Shown here: positions 26,631-33,977 of the stretch, piece by piece | How positions within the stretch are numbered: the first letter of the stretch is position 1 | Layout of the letters: each line of letters opens with the position of its first letter | Assembly (NCBI GenBank): GCA_006227775.1 | Contig: SBFV01000330.1 | Location: 1-33,977, forward strand | Direction of reading: 5' to 3' | Length of the DNA stretch: 33,977 bases | Source: Gammaproteobacteria bacterium | GTDB taxonomy: Bacteria > Pseudomonadota > Gammaproteobacteria > Chromatiales > Chromatiaceae | Translations under genes and position numbers: made by a program | Notes under the pieces: model-generated | Seen by the model: only the letters and a program-made list of their open reading frames with translations | What the model was told of the DNA's origin: nothing | Databases searched by the model: none

Positions 26631-27425
26631 ATGGCCCCCCATCCACCCCTGGCCGTCCCCGCCGGCCTGTCGCCCATCGGCGGTATCCATAGCGTGCGCG
26701 CCGCCCTAAGGCCCGGGGCTCCCGGCGTGGGGGTGGGAGTTAAATCGGATCTGGTGGAGGTCTGGCTGGAGCGCAAGCGCCGTGACCGCCGGCTCATGGA
26801 ATTGGCGGACCTGGCGCGGGAGGCGGGCGTCCGGATCCGGCAGGTGGAGGCCGAGGATCTGGCGCGGGTGGCGCCCGGCCTCAACCACCAGGGGGTCCTG
26901 GCCTGGGTCAAGATCCCCGCCAGCCGGGGTGAGGCCGACCTGGACGTCCTGCTGGATCGCCTGGACCGGCCGCCCTTCCTCCTCGTCCTCGACGAGGTCC
27001 AGGACCCCCATAACCTCGGCGCCTGTCTGCGCAGCGCCGATGCCGTGGGGGTCCAGGCCATCATCGCCCCCAGGGACAACGCCGTCGGGCTCACCCCCAC
27101 CGTCGCCAAGGTCGCCAGCGGCGCGGCCTGGACGGTGCCCTACATCCAGGTCACCAACCTGGCCCGCACCCTGGACGTCCTCAAGGCCCGGGGCATTTGG
27201 CTGGTCGGCCTGGCGGGCGAAGCCCAGACGGACCTATACAGCCTGGATCTCAGGGGCCCCCTGGCGCTGGTCCTCGGCAGCGAAGGCCGCGGTCTGCGCC
27301 GTCTGACCCGCGAGCGCTGCGATTTCCTCGCCCGCCTGCCCATGCTCGGCAGCGTCGAGAGCCTCAACGTCTCCGTCGCCACCGGCATTTGCCTCTACGA
27401 AGCCCTGCGCCATAGGCAATATTGA
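26631..27425 (+). CDS. rlmB: 23S rRNA (guanosine-2'-O-)-methyltransferase RlmB (SpoU/TrmH family)
   Basis: The 264-aa protein contains LDEVQDPHNLGACLRSADAVGV, LVLGSEGRGLRRLTRERCD and SLNVSVATGICLYE. The rnr-rlmB synteny is conserved. Confidence 0.9.
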   Translation: MAPHPPLAVPAGLSPIGGIHSVRAALRPGAPGVGVGVKSDLVEVWLERKRRDRRLMELADLAREAGVRIRQVEAEDLARVAPGLNHQGVLAWVKIPASRGEADLDVLLDRLDRPPFLLVLDEVQDPHNLGACLRSADAVGVQAIIAPRDNAVGLTPTVAKVASGAAWTVPYIQVTNLARTLDVLKARGIWLVGLAGEAQTDLYSLDLRGPLALVLGSEGRGLRRLTRERCDFLARLPMLGSVESLNVSVATGICLYEALRHRQY

Positions 27426-27533
27426 CGGGTGGCGGACCGCAAAGGTGCGGGCTTGCGTGAATGATGATCGACCGGTCTCGCTGCGACTGGGCGGCTTGGC
27501 TTAGCCAGGGTGGTCCGCCAGTCCCCTCATGCC

Positions 27534-28340
27534 TCATTGAAGGTAGAGGCTACGATAGCTGATGACGCCGTCACGGTATTCGTAGACGCGGAAACTCGTC
27601 TGCCGGCCCCAGGAACCCGAGATCGGGGGGGCGACGAAGATGGGGGTATTGCCTAGCCAATGCAGCTCGTCCTTGTGGTAATGGCCGGTGAAGACCCCCT
27701 TGACCTGATGACGACTCACCAGCGCTTCCCAGCGCTGGCGCTTGTCTTCGGGCCAGCCCCGGTGGAGCATGTTACGGAAGAAGCCCCCCACCGGCGGGGT
27801 GTGCTGAAAGAGCAGAACCGGCCGGTCCCCCGCCTGGACCAAGGCCTTCTCCAGCTCCGCCAGGGGATCGTAACCGGGGATGACCGGCCAGTCTCGCGCC
27901 GCGGGCTCGATATAGAGAAAGATCGCCACCACCCCTCCGATTTCCTCGACCTGCACCAGAGGACCGAAACGCTCCCGATAGACCGCCAGTGCCTGGTCGG
28001 AATCATTCTTATGGATGTCGTGGTTGCCGGGGATATAAAACAGAGGTGGCTGGAGATCCGCCATCACTTCCAGGGTCCGGTCCACCACCTTGGGGTCCAG
28101 GATCAGGTCCGCGAGGATGTCTCCGGTATGAACGACAAATTCCACCGGCATGGGCAACTGGTTGATCAGTTCCACCACCCGCCGGCCACGCTCCAGGTTG
28201 TCGTTGGCGCCAAAGTGGCTGTCCGTGATCTGGACGAAAAAGAAGTGGTCCGACGCCGCCCGGGCGGTCAGTACCGGCAGGCAGAGTAGCAGGAGGGTCA
28301 GGATGATTTTCAGGCACGGTGGCCTGGCGGGACGTCTCAT
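27534..28340 (-). CDS. Secreted calcineurin-like metallophosphoesterase
   Basis: The protein is 268 aa. Its N-terminal signal peptide is MRRPARPPCLKIILTLLLLCLPVLTARA. The metallophosphoesterase motifs are ITDSHFG, HTGDI, GNHD and GHYH. Confidence 0.8.
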   Translation of the reverse strand: MRRPARPPCLKIILTLLLLCLPVLTARAASDHFFFVQITDSHFGANDNLERGRRVVELINQLPMPVEFVVHTGDILADLILDPKVVDRTLEVMADLQPPLFYIPGNHDIHKNDSDQALAVYRERFGPLVQVEEIGGVVAIFLYIEPAARDWPVIPGYDPLAELEKALVQAGDRPVLLFQHTPPVGGFFRNMLHRGWPEDKRQRWEALVSRHQVKGVFTGHYHKDELHWLGNTPIFVAPPISGSWGRQTSFRVYEYRDGVISYRSLYLQ

Positions 28341-28668
28341 GGGCGGATACCTCCACTGTGCATGAATGAACCATCTATACCCATCGCAAGTCCCTCTTCG
28401 GCTCTACCCGATCCCCCTGGCCCGACCGATAACGGATGCCTCGGGTATCCCTGACACACGCCATAATTAGCCTCGCTCGGGAAAACCGGAGATTGATCGG
28501 CGACGGAGACAGACCCATAGAATTGGGACGATCGCGCCAGGGGCAAGGTGGGCGGGTTTCAGGGCCTCCCCCACGGGACCCCGTACCCGGGAAAAACGCG
28601 GTTTTAGCACTCGCCGATTTGTTAAACTCCGCCCCTTGTTACGACTCAACCGCGACTATGGCCCCCGC

Positions 28669-29805
28669 ATGAATCTGAACACCACGGACGAGATCATCGC
28701 TGACCTGCGTGAGGGTAGGATGGTCGTCATCATGGATGACGAGGACCGTGAGAACGAGGGCGACCTGCTCCTCGCGGCGGACAAAGTGACCCCCGATGCC
28801 ATCAATTTCATGGCCAAATATGGCCGGGGGCTGATCTGCCTGACCCTGACCAAGGAACGTTGCCAACGCCTGCGCCTGCCGCTCATGGTCATGGAGAACC
28901 AGGCCCCCCATTCCACGGCCTTCACCCTGTCCATCGAGGCGGCGACCGGCGTCACCACCGGCATCTCCGCGGCGGACCGGGCGACCACCATCCGCGCCGC
29001 GGTGGCGGCGGATGCCCAGCCGCGGGACCTGGTCCATCCCGGCCACATCTTCCCTCTCATGGCCGAGCCCGGGGGCGTCCTGGTGCGCGCCGGCCACACC
29101 GAGGCGGGCTGCGACCTGGCGCGGCTGGCGGGCCTGGAACCGGCGGCGGTGATCGTCGAGATCCTCAACGAGGATGGCAGCATGGCCCGGCGCCCGGACC
29201 TTGAGGTCTTCGCCCAGACCCATGGCCTCAAGATCGGCACCATCGCGGACCTCATCCACTATCGCGTCCGCCACGAGAAGACCGTCCGGCGGGAGTGCGA
29301 TTGCGAACTGTCCACGGAGTTCGGTCCCTTCCGTATCCTGGCCTACCGCGATAGCATCGACGACGACCTCCACCTGGCCCTGGTCCGGGGTGAGATCGCG
29401 GCGGAACGCCCGGTTCTGGTGCGGGTACACCTGCAGAATTCCCTGTGCGATCTGTTCGGCACCCAGCACCCTGGTTGCGGCTGGCCCCTGCGGGACGTCA
29501 TGCGGCAGGTGGCCAAGGCAGGGGAGGGGGTCATCGTGGTGCTGCGCAATCGCGACCGGGTCGAGGATCTGCTCGGGCGCTTCAAGGCCCTCAGCCCCCG
29601 GGTCAAGGCGGAGGAGGGCATCCCCACCCGCCCCAAGGACCGCAGCGAATTGCGCACCTATGGCATCGGCGCCCAAATCCTCGCCGACATCGGCGTGCGC
29701 AAGATGCGCGTCATGAGCGCCCCCCGGGCCATGCATGGCATCTCCGGCTTCGACCTGGAGGTGGTCGATTACGTCGGCAGCGATGCCGGCCGGCTACTCC
29801 CCTAG
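28669..29805 (+). CDS. ribBA: Bifunctional-type RibBA: 3,4-dihydroxy-2-butanone-4-phosphate synthase fused to a degenerate GTP cyclohydrolase II-like domain
   Basis: This is the track ORF trimmed to ATG 28669. The DHBP synthase signature is [18 protein letters not shown]...GHTEAG. The C-terminal half aligns to GCH II, but RVHSECLTGD...RCDCG is replaced by [10 protein letters not shown]...HPGCG. Confidence 0.85.
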   Translation: MNLNTTDEIIADLREGRMVVIMDDEDRENEGDLLLAADKVTPDAINFMAKYGRGLICLTLTKERCQRLRLPLMVMENQAPHSTAFTLSIEAATGVTTGISAADRATTIRAAVAADAQPRDLVHPGHIFPLMAEPGGVLVRAGHTEAGCDLARLAGLEPAAVIVEILNEDGSMARRPDLEVFAQTHGLKIGTIADLIHYRVRHEKTVRRECDCELSTEFGPFRILAYRDSIDDDLHLALVRGEIAAERPVLVRVHLQNSLCDLFGTQHPGCGWPLRDVMRQVAKAGEGVIVVLRNRDRVEDLLGRFKALSPRVKAEEGIPTRPKDRSELRTYGIGAQILADIGVRKMRVMSAPRAMHGISGFDLEVVDYVGSDAGRLLP

Positions 29806-29896
29806 CGGTCATGAAGGACAGCCTCCTGCAACCCCGGTCGATGCCAGGCCCTGGCCTCTCTTTTCCTGTCAACCCCCTGAGTCTTTGGTGACAACA

Positions 29897-30364
29897 ATGA
29901 TCAAGACCATCGAGGGCGACCTGCGGGTTGCCGGTGCGCGCTTCTGTCTGGTCGTGTCCCGCTTCAACGCCTTCATCACCGAAAGCCTGCTGGCGGGGGC
30001 CGTCGACACGCTCAAGCGCCATGGGGCGGAAGATGGCGATCTGGTCATCGTGCGCGTCCCCGGTGCCTTCGAGATGCCGGTGGCCGTCCAGCGCCTGGCC
30101 GCTCAGGGTGGGTACGACGCCATCGTCGCCCTGGGGGCCGTCATCCGGGGTGGTACGCCCCATTTCGACTACGTCGCCGGGGAGTGCGTCAAGGGCTTGG
30201 CCCACGTCAGCCTGCAACATGGTCTGCCGGTGGCCTTCGGCGTCCTGACCGTCGATTCCATCGACCAGGCCATCGAGCGCGCCGGCACCAAGGCGGGCAA
30301 CAAGGGCGCCGAGGCGGCCATGTCCGCCATCGAAATGGTCAACCTGCTGCGCCAGTTGTCCTGA
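29897..30364 (+). CDS. ribH: 6,7-dimethyl-8-ribityllumazine synthase
   Basis: This is the track ORF trimmed to ATG 29897. The 155-aa protein contains [44 protein letters not shown] and GVLTVDS. Confidence 0.93.
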   Translation: MIKTIEGDLRVAGARFCLVVSRFNAFITESLLAGAVDTLKRHGAEDGDLVIVRVPGAFEMPVAVQRLAAQGGYDAIVALGAVIRGGTPHFDYVAGECVKGLAHVSLQHGLPVAFGVLTVDSIDQAIERAGTKAGNKGAEAAMSAIEMVNLLRQLS

Positions 30365-30365
30365 G

Positions 30366-30911
30366 ATGTCGGGACGTCGCAGTCAGGCGCGGCGTTATGC
30401 CGTGCTTGCCCTCTACCAGTGGCAGATGACCGGACAGGCCCCGGCGACCATCGTGCGCCATTTCTTCGATGATCCCGCCTGGATGCAGGTCATCGCCGAA
30501 GGGCTGGGGCTCGTTAAAGGGGAGCAGCAGTCCCTGGCGGAGGCCGTGTACGACCTGGGCCTCTTCCAGGAACTCCTGCGCGGGGTGCCGGAGCAGGTCG
30601 AGGAACTGGACCGCCACCTGGAGACCGTCCTCGACCGGCCCCTGCGCCAGGTTACCCCGGTGGACCTGGCCATCCTGCGCCTGGGTGTCTACGAACTGGC
30701 CCATAGCCCCCAGATTCCCTTCCGCGCCATCCTCAACGAGACGGTGGAATTGGCCAAGGAGTTCGGCAGCACCGACGACAGCCACCGCTACGTGAATGGC
30801 ATCCTCGATCGCCTGGCCCGGACCCTGAGACCGGCGGAGTTCGCGTCCCCGACCCGCGCAACCCAGGAGCCAGATCCCCAGCCCACGTCTCCGGCACCGA
30901 AAAGCCGCTAG
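30366..30911 (+). CDS. nusB: Transcription antitermination factor NusB with a Pro-rich C-terminal tail
   Basis: The protein is 181 aa and contains RRSQARRYAVLALYQWQMTG and INETVELAKEFGSTDDSHRYVNGILDR. It follows ribH by 1 nt. Confidence 0.9.
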   Translation: MSGRRSQARRYAVLALYQWQMTGQAPATIVRHFFDDPAWMQVIAEGLGLVKGEQQSLAEAVYDLGLFQELLRGVPEQVEELDRHLETVLDRPLRQVTPVDLAILRLGVYELAHSPQIPFRAILNETVELAKEFGSTDDSHRYVNGILDRLARTLRPAEFASPTRATQEPDPQPTSPAPKSR

Positions 30912-30927
30912 GCGGGATGAGGGGCCC

Positions 30928-31968
30928 TTGCCGGAATTCGAGCTGATCCGCACCCATTTCGCCCACCTGGGCGCGGCGCGAAGTGACGTGGTGCTGGGTG
31001 TCGGGGACGATTGCGCCCTGCTGGCGGTCCCCGCCGGTCAGGAACTGGCGGTGAGCATCGATACCCTGGTCGCCGGCGTCCATTTCTTCCCGGACGTGGA
31101 TCCCGAGGCCCTGGGCCACAAGTCTCTGGCGGTGGGCCTGAGCGATCTGGCCGCCATGGGGGCCGAACCCGCCTGGGCGACCCTGGCCCTGACCCTGCCG
31201 GCGGAGGATGGCCGGTGGCTCCGGGCCTTCGCCGCGGGTTTCGCGGCCTTGGCGCGGGAACAGGGCATGGCCCTGATCGGGGGCGATACCACCCGCGGCC
31301 CCTTGAGCCTCTCGGTCCAGGTCCATGGCCTGATCCCCGCGGGGCGGGCCATTCGCCGCGCCGGTGCCCGGGTCGGGGATCTGGTGTGCGTCAGTGGCAC
31401 CCTGGGCGACGCCGGCCTGGCCCTGCGCGACCTGCTGGCGGGGCGGGAGGTCGCGGCTGGGCCGCGGGCCCGACTGGAGCGTCCCACCCCCCGGGTCGCC
31501 CTGGGCCTAGCCCTGCGGGGGCTGGCGACGGCCATGATCGATATCTCCGACGGTCTGGTGGCGGACCTGGGCCATATCCTGGAGGAGAGCGGGGCCGCCG
31601 CCCGGGGGGAGCGAAGCGGGGAATCCGCTTCCCCGGGATACCGCCGGGGGGCGAGCAGCGCCGCCGATGCCGCCCTGGGGGCCGAGATCCGGCTGGCGGT
31701 ACTCCCCTTGTCCCCAGCGGTGCGTGAGCGGTTGGCCCAGGACCCGGACTGGTCGCTGCCACTGGCCTCCGGGGACGACTATGAGCTCTGTTTCACCCTG
31801 CCACCGGAGCGGGCCAGCGCGTTACCCCCCCTTGCCGACCGCCTGGGGCTGGCCTTGACCCCCATCGGCCGCATCCTCCCCACTGCCGGTTTGGTGTGCA
31901 TCGGCCCGGCCGGCGACCGTTGGACCCCGCAGCGGGGGGGCTACAACCACTTTGCGGACGCGGGATAG
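30928..31968 (+). CDS. thiL: Thiamine-monophosphate kinase
   Basis: The protein is 346 aa with a TTG start. It contains (M)PEFELIRTHF...GDDCALL...SIDTLVAGVHF, GGDTTRGPLS and DISDGL. Confidence 0.88.
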   Translation: MPEFELIRTHFAHLGAARSDVVLGVGDDCALLAVPAGQELAVSIDTLVAGVHFFPDVDPEALGHKSLAVGLSDLAAMGAEPAWATLALTLPAEDGRWLRAFAAGFAALAREQGMALIGGDTTRGPLSLSVQVHGLIPAGRAIRRAGARVGDLVCVSGTLGDAGLALRDLLAGREVAAGPRARLERPTPRVALGLALRGLATAMIDISDGLVADLGHILEESGAAARGERSGESASPGYRRGASSAADAALGAEIRLAVLPLSPAVRERLAQDPDWSLPLASGDDYELCFTLPPERASALPPLADRLGLALTPIGRILPTAGLVCIGPAGDRWTPQRGGYNHFADAG

Positions 31969-31972
31969 GGCC

Positions 31973-32458
31973 ATGGGGGCTCCAGCCACCGGGCGCCCCG
32001 TCTTCGACTGGCGCCGGCCCCATCACTGGCTGGCCTTCGGCTTTGGCGCTGGGCTGGCGCCCTGGGCCCCGGGTACCGCCGGTACCTGCGCCGCCATTCC
32101 CCTCTACCTCCTGCTCCAGGGACTGTCCCCCGGGACCTATCTGCTGGTCCTGGTCGGCCTCTTCCTCATCGGCCTCTGGGCCTGCGACAAGGCCGCCCGG
32201 GAACTCGGCGGCGGGGACCCGGGCGCCATCGTCTGGGACGAGATCCTGGGTTATCTGGTCACCATGGCCCTGTCCCCGCCGGGCTGGACCTGGCTCCTGC
32301 TGGGCCTGGTCCTTTTTCGTCTCCTGGATATCCTCAAGCCCTGGCCGATCGGGGCCCTGGATCGCCGGGTCAAGGGCGGGTTGGGCATCCTCCTCGACGA
32401 TCTGGTGGCCGGGGCCATGGCCTGGGGGCTGATGCAGGGCCTGCAGTTCTGGCTATAG
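31973..32458 (+). CDS. pgpA: Phosphatidylglycerophosphatase A
   Basis: This is the track ORF trimmed to ATG 31973. The protein contains GFGAGLAPWAPGTAGT, DPGAIVWDEILG and FRLLDILKPWPI. Confidence 0.88.
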   Translation: MGAPATGRPVFDWRRPHHWLAFGFGAGLAPWAPGTAGTCAAIPLYLLLQGLSPGTYLLVLVGLFLIGLWACDKAARELGGGDPGAIVWDEILGYLVTMALSPPGWTWLLLGLVLFRLLDILKPWPIGALDRRVKGGLGILLDDLVAGAMAWGLMQGLQFWL

Positions 32459-32626
32459 CCGGCGGGCAACGGTTATTGCGGCCGGGGGTAGAGGAAGACT
32501 GCCCGGCGGCATCCCGTACCCCGGTCGGTGCGGAATGCAACCAGGGCCAGGACGCCGTACCCGCAGGCGGCATGGATGGGCTCCCGCCAGGCCGGTCCCC
32601 CCATCTTCCCGCCTGCCAGTCGTTGA

Positions 32627-32657
32627 AAGCGCCCGGCGTTACCCGGCGCTTCTTCAG
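32627..32657. terminator. Hairpin between convergent pgpA and the amidotransferase gene (probable bidirectional terminator)
   Basis: The sequence is GAAAGCGCCCGG-cgtta-CCCGGCGCTTCTTC. The GC stem has one bulge and is flanked by A-rich and T-rich arms. It abuts the minus-strand stop codon at 32654-32656. Confidence 0.5.
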
Positions 32658-33358
32658 AGTCCCAATTGCGTCAGCCAGTCCTCCACACAGCGGGTGCATT
32701 GCCGCTCCAGCGCTGGTCCAAGGCGAAGACTTTCGGCGCGCAGTCGGGGCACGGACAGTCCCGCCGCCGCAAGTTCCGCGGCATGGCCGATGTACCAGCG
32801 CTCCAGTTCCCTGGATCGCACCTCCGGATGGCACTGAAAGGCCAGAGCACCGCGCCCCCAGGCGAAGGCCTGGTGAGGGCATAGGTCGGTGGAGGCCAGC
32901 AGCCGGGCCCCTTGCGGGAGGTCGAAGGTATCGCCATGCCAGTGCAGGATACTGGTGAGTTCGGGGTCAAGGTGAACCAGGGGCGAAGACCGGCCGGCGG
33001 GGGTCAGGCTCAGGGGCTTCCAGCCGATCTCCTTGGCTGGCCCGGGATAGACTCGCGCACCCAGTGCCCGTGCCATGAGCTGCGCGCCAAGGCAGATGCC
33101 CAGGGTCGGCAAATCCGCCGCCAGGCGCCGCACCAGCAGCCTCAGCTCATCGGCGAGGAAGGGATAGTACGCCTCTTCATAGGCCCCGATAGGCCCGCCG
33201 AGGACCACCAAGAGGTCCGCTGCGTGCGGCTCCAGGCCGGCGATGTCGTCGATCCCGGCCTCCAGATAGCGCCAGGCAAAACCCCGCCGCGAAAGCAGGG
33301 GGCCTAGGGTGCCCAGGTCCTCGAAGGCGAGATGCCGGATGGCGACGGCGGTTTTCAT
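32654..33358 (-). CDS. Class I glutamine amidotransferase (GMP synthase-like GATase1 domain protein)
   Basis: The 234-aa protein contains LVVLGGPIGAYE, LGICLGAQLMARALG (nucleophile elbow Cys) and FQCHPE (His-Glu). Confidence 0.8.
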   Translation of the reverse strand: MKTAVAIRHLAFEDLGTLGPLLSRRGFAWRYLEAGIDDIAGLEPHAADLLVVLGGPIGAYEEAYYPFLADELRLLVRRLAADLPTLGICLGAQLMARALGARVYPGPAKEIGWKPLSLTPAGRSSPLVHLDPELTSILHWHGDTFDLPQGARLLASTDLCPHQAFAWGRGALAFQCHPEVRSRELERWYIGHAAELAAAGLSVPRLRAESLRLGPALERQCTRCVEDWLTQLGL

Positions 33359-33395
33359 CTGGGTGGTTGACGCCTGATGCGTTACAGCCTGCCGA

Positions 33396-33977
33396 TCATA
33401 CTTCTCCGCGATTGTAATCGGGCTGGGCGGTGATCTTGTGAATGCTCAGATCGGCGCCAAGGTATTCCTCTTCCTGGCTGAGCCGCAAGCCCATCATCGC
33501 CTTGATCCCGCCGTAGATCAGGGTGCCGCCAACGAAGGCGATGACGACGCCCGTCAGGCTGCCCACCAACTGGCTGACGAAGCTGACCCCGCCAAGCCCG
33601 CCCAGCGCCTCCAGCCCGAAGATGCCGGCGGCAATTCCACCCCAGAGTCCGCAGAGCCCGTGCAACGGCCAGACACCTAGCACGTCGTCGATGTGCCAGC
33701 GGTTTTGGGTGAGGGTGAAGGTATAGACGAAGAGGGTGCCAGCCACGGCGCCGGTCGCCAGGGCGCCGAGGGGATGCATCAGGTCCGAGCCGGCGCAGAC
33801 CGCCACCAGACCGGCGAGGGGACCGTTGTGGAGGAAGCCCGGGTCGTTCTTGCCGGCGATCAGGGCGGCGAGGATGCCGCCCACCATCGCCATGAGCGAG
33901 TTCGCCGCCACCAGGCCGCTGATCCCTTCCAGCGTCTGGGCGGACATGACGTTGAATCCGAACCAGCCGACCGTGAG
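33396..33977 (-). CDS. amt: Ammonium transporter (Amt family), C-terminal part; N-terminus lies off the window
   Basis: The minus frame is open to the window edge: ...TVGWFGFNVMSAQTLEG. It contains AGLVAVCAGSD and DDVLGVWPLHGLCGLWGGIAAGIF, the twin-His/Amt signature region. Confidence 0.88.
   Translation of the reverse strand, partial: LTVGWFGFNVMSAQTLEGISGLVAANSLMAMVGGILAALIAGKNDPGFLHNGPLAGLVAVCAGSDLMHPLGALATGAVAGTLFVYTFTLTQNRWHIDDVLGVWPLHGLCGLWGGIAAGIFGLEALGGLGGVSFVSQLVGSLTGVVIAFVGGTLIYGGIKAMMGLRLSQEEEYLGADLSIHKITAQPDYNRGEV

Noticed and set aside
25456-26646. 396-aa minus-strand ORF, plus several + strand out-of-frame ORFs inside rnr
   Set aside because: They are antisense to, or out of frame with, RNase R, whose sense frame matches the family end to end.
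28341-28668. FMN (RFN) riboswitch upstream of ribBA
   Set aside because: I looked for the conserved RFN core strings and the five-hairpin layout and did not find them. The local CAGGGGCAAGGTG resemblance is too short. The absence is also consistent with Pseudomonas-type rib operons, where the RFN element sits elsewhere.
28639-29736. 365-aa minus-strand ORF
   Set aside because: It is antisense to ribBA.
1-33977. CRISPR arrays, IS elements or transposases, integrases, rRNA genes, and long tandem or direct repeats
   Set aside because: I saw no regularly spaced repeats, no DDE or tyrosine-recombinase-like ORFs and no rRNA-like sequence while reading the window. This was an eye scan only, so short or degenerate repeats could have been missed.

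Overview
This is a high-GC proteobacterial chromosome segment, probably gammaproteobacterial. The host call is an inference from the tmRNA tag ANDDNYALAA and from the tpiA-secG-tRNA-Leu-nuoA..N and ribBA-ribH-nusB-thiL-pgpA synteny. Most of the window is ordinary core genome. It holds smpB and ssrA (tmRNA), tpiA, secG, tRNA-Leu(GAG), a complete 14-gene NADH:quinone oxidoreductase operon nuoA-N (5.2-20.0 kb), tRNA-Leu(CAG), rnr-rlmB, a secreted metallophosphoesterase, ribBA-ribH-nusB-thiL-pgpA, a class I glutamine amidotransferase and the 3' part of an ammonium transporter. Two regions deserve a second look. (1) The left 2.4 kb, just downstream of the ssrA 3' end, is an accessory or defence-type insertion. 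It carries a minus-strand string mntA-hepT-orfX-xre-hsdM in which every gene junction overlaps (8 nt, then three ATGA overlaps). Two of its small genes carry single in-frame stops: a TAG at codon 16 of orfX, and a TGA that replaces the invariant Trp codon of the XRE helix-turn-helix. (2) Directly after nuoN lies a same-strand cluster. It comprises a rubredoxin-less rubrerythrin, an HdrD/GlpC-like CCG-domain Fe-S protein, a DUF3501-family protein of unknown function and an Old Yellow Enzyme. A possible OxyR-type ATAG-N7-CTAT site precedes the cluster. This is my best candidate for an uncharacterised functional module. The many long antisense ORFs in the track are high-GC shadows of real genes. 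I saw no CRISPR array, transposase, integrase or rRNA.
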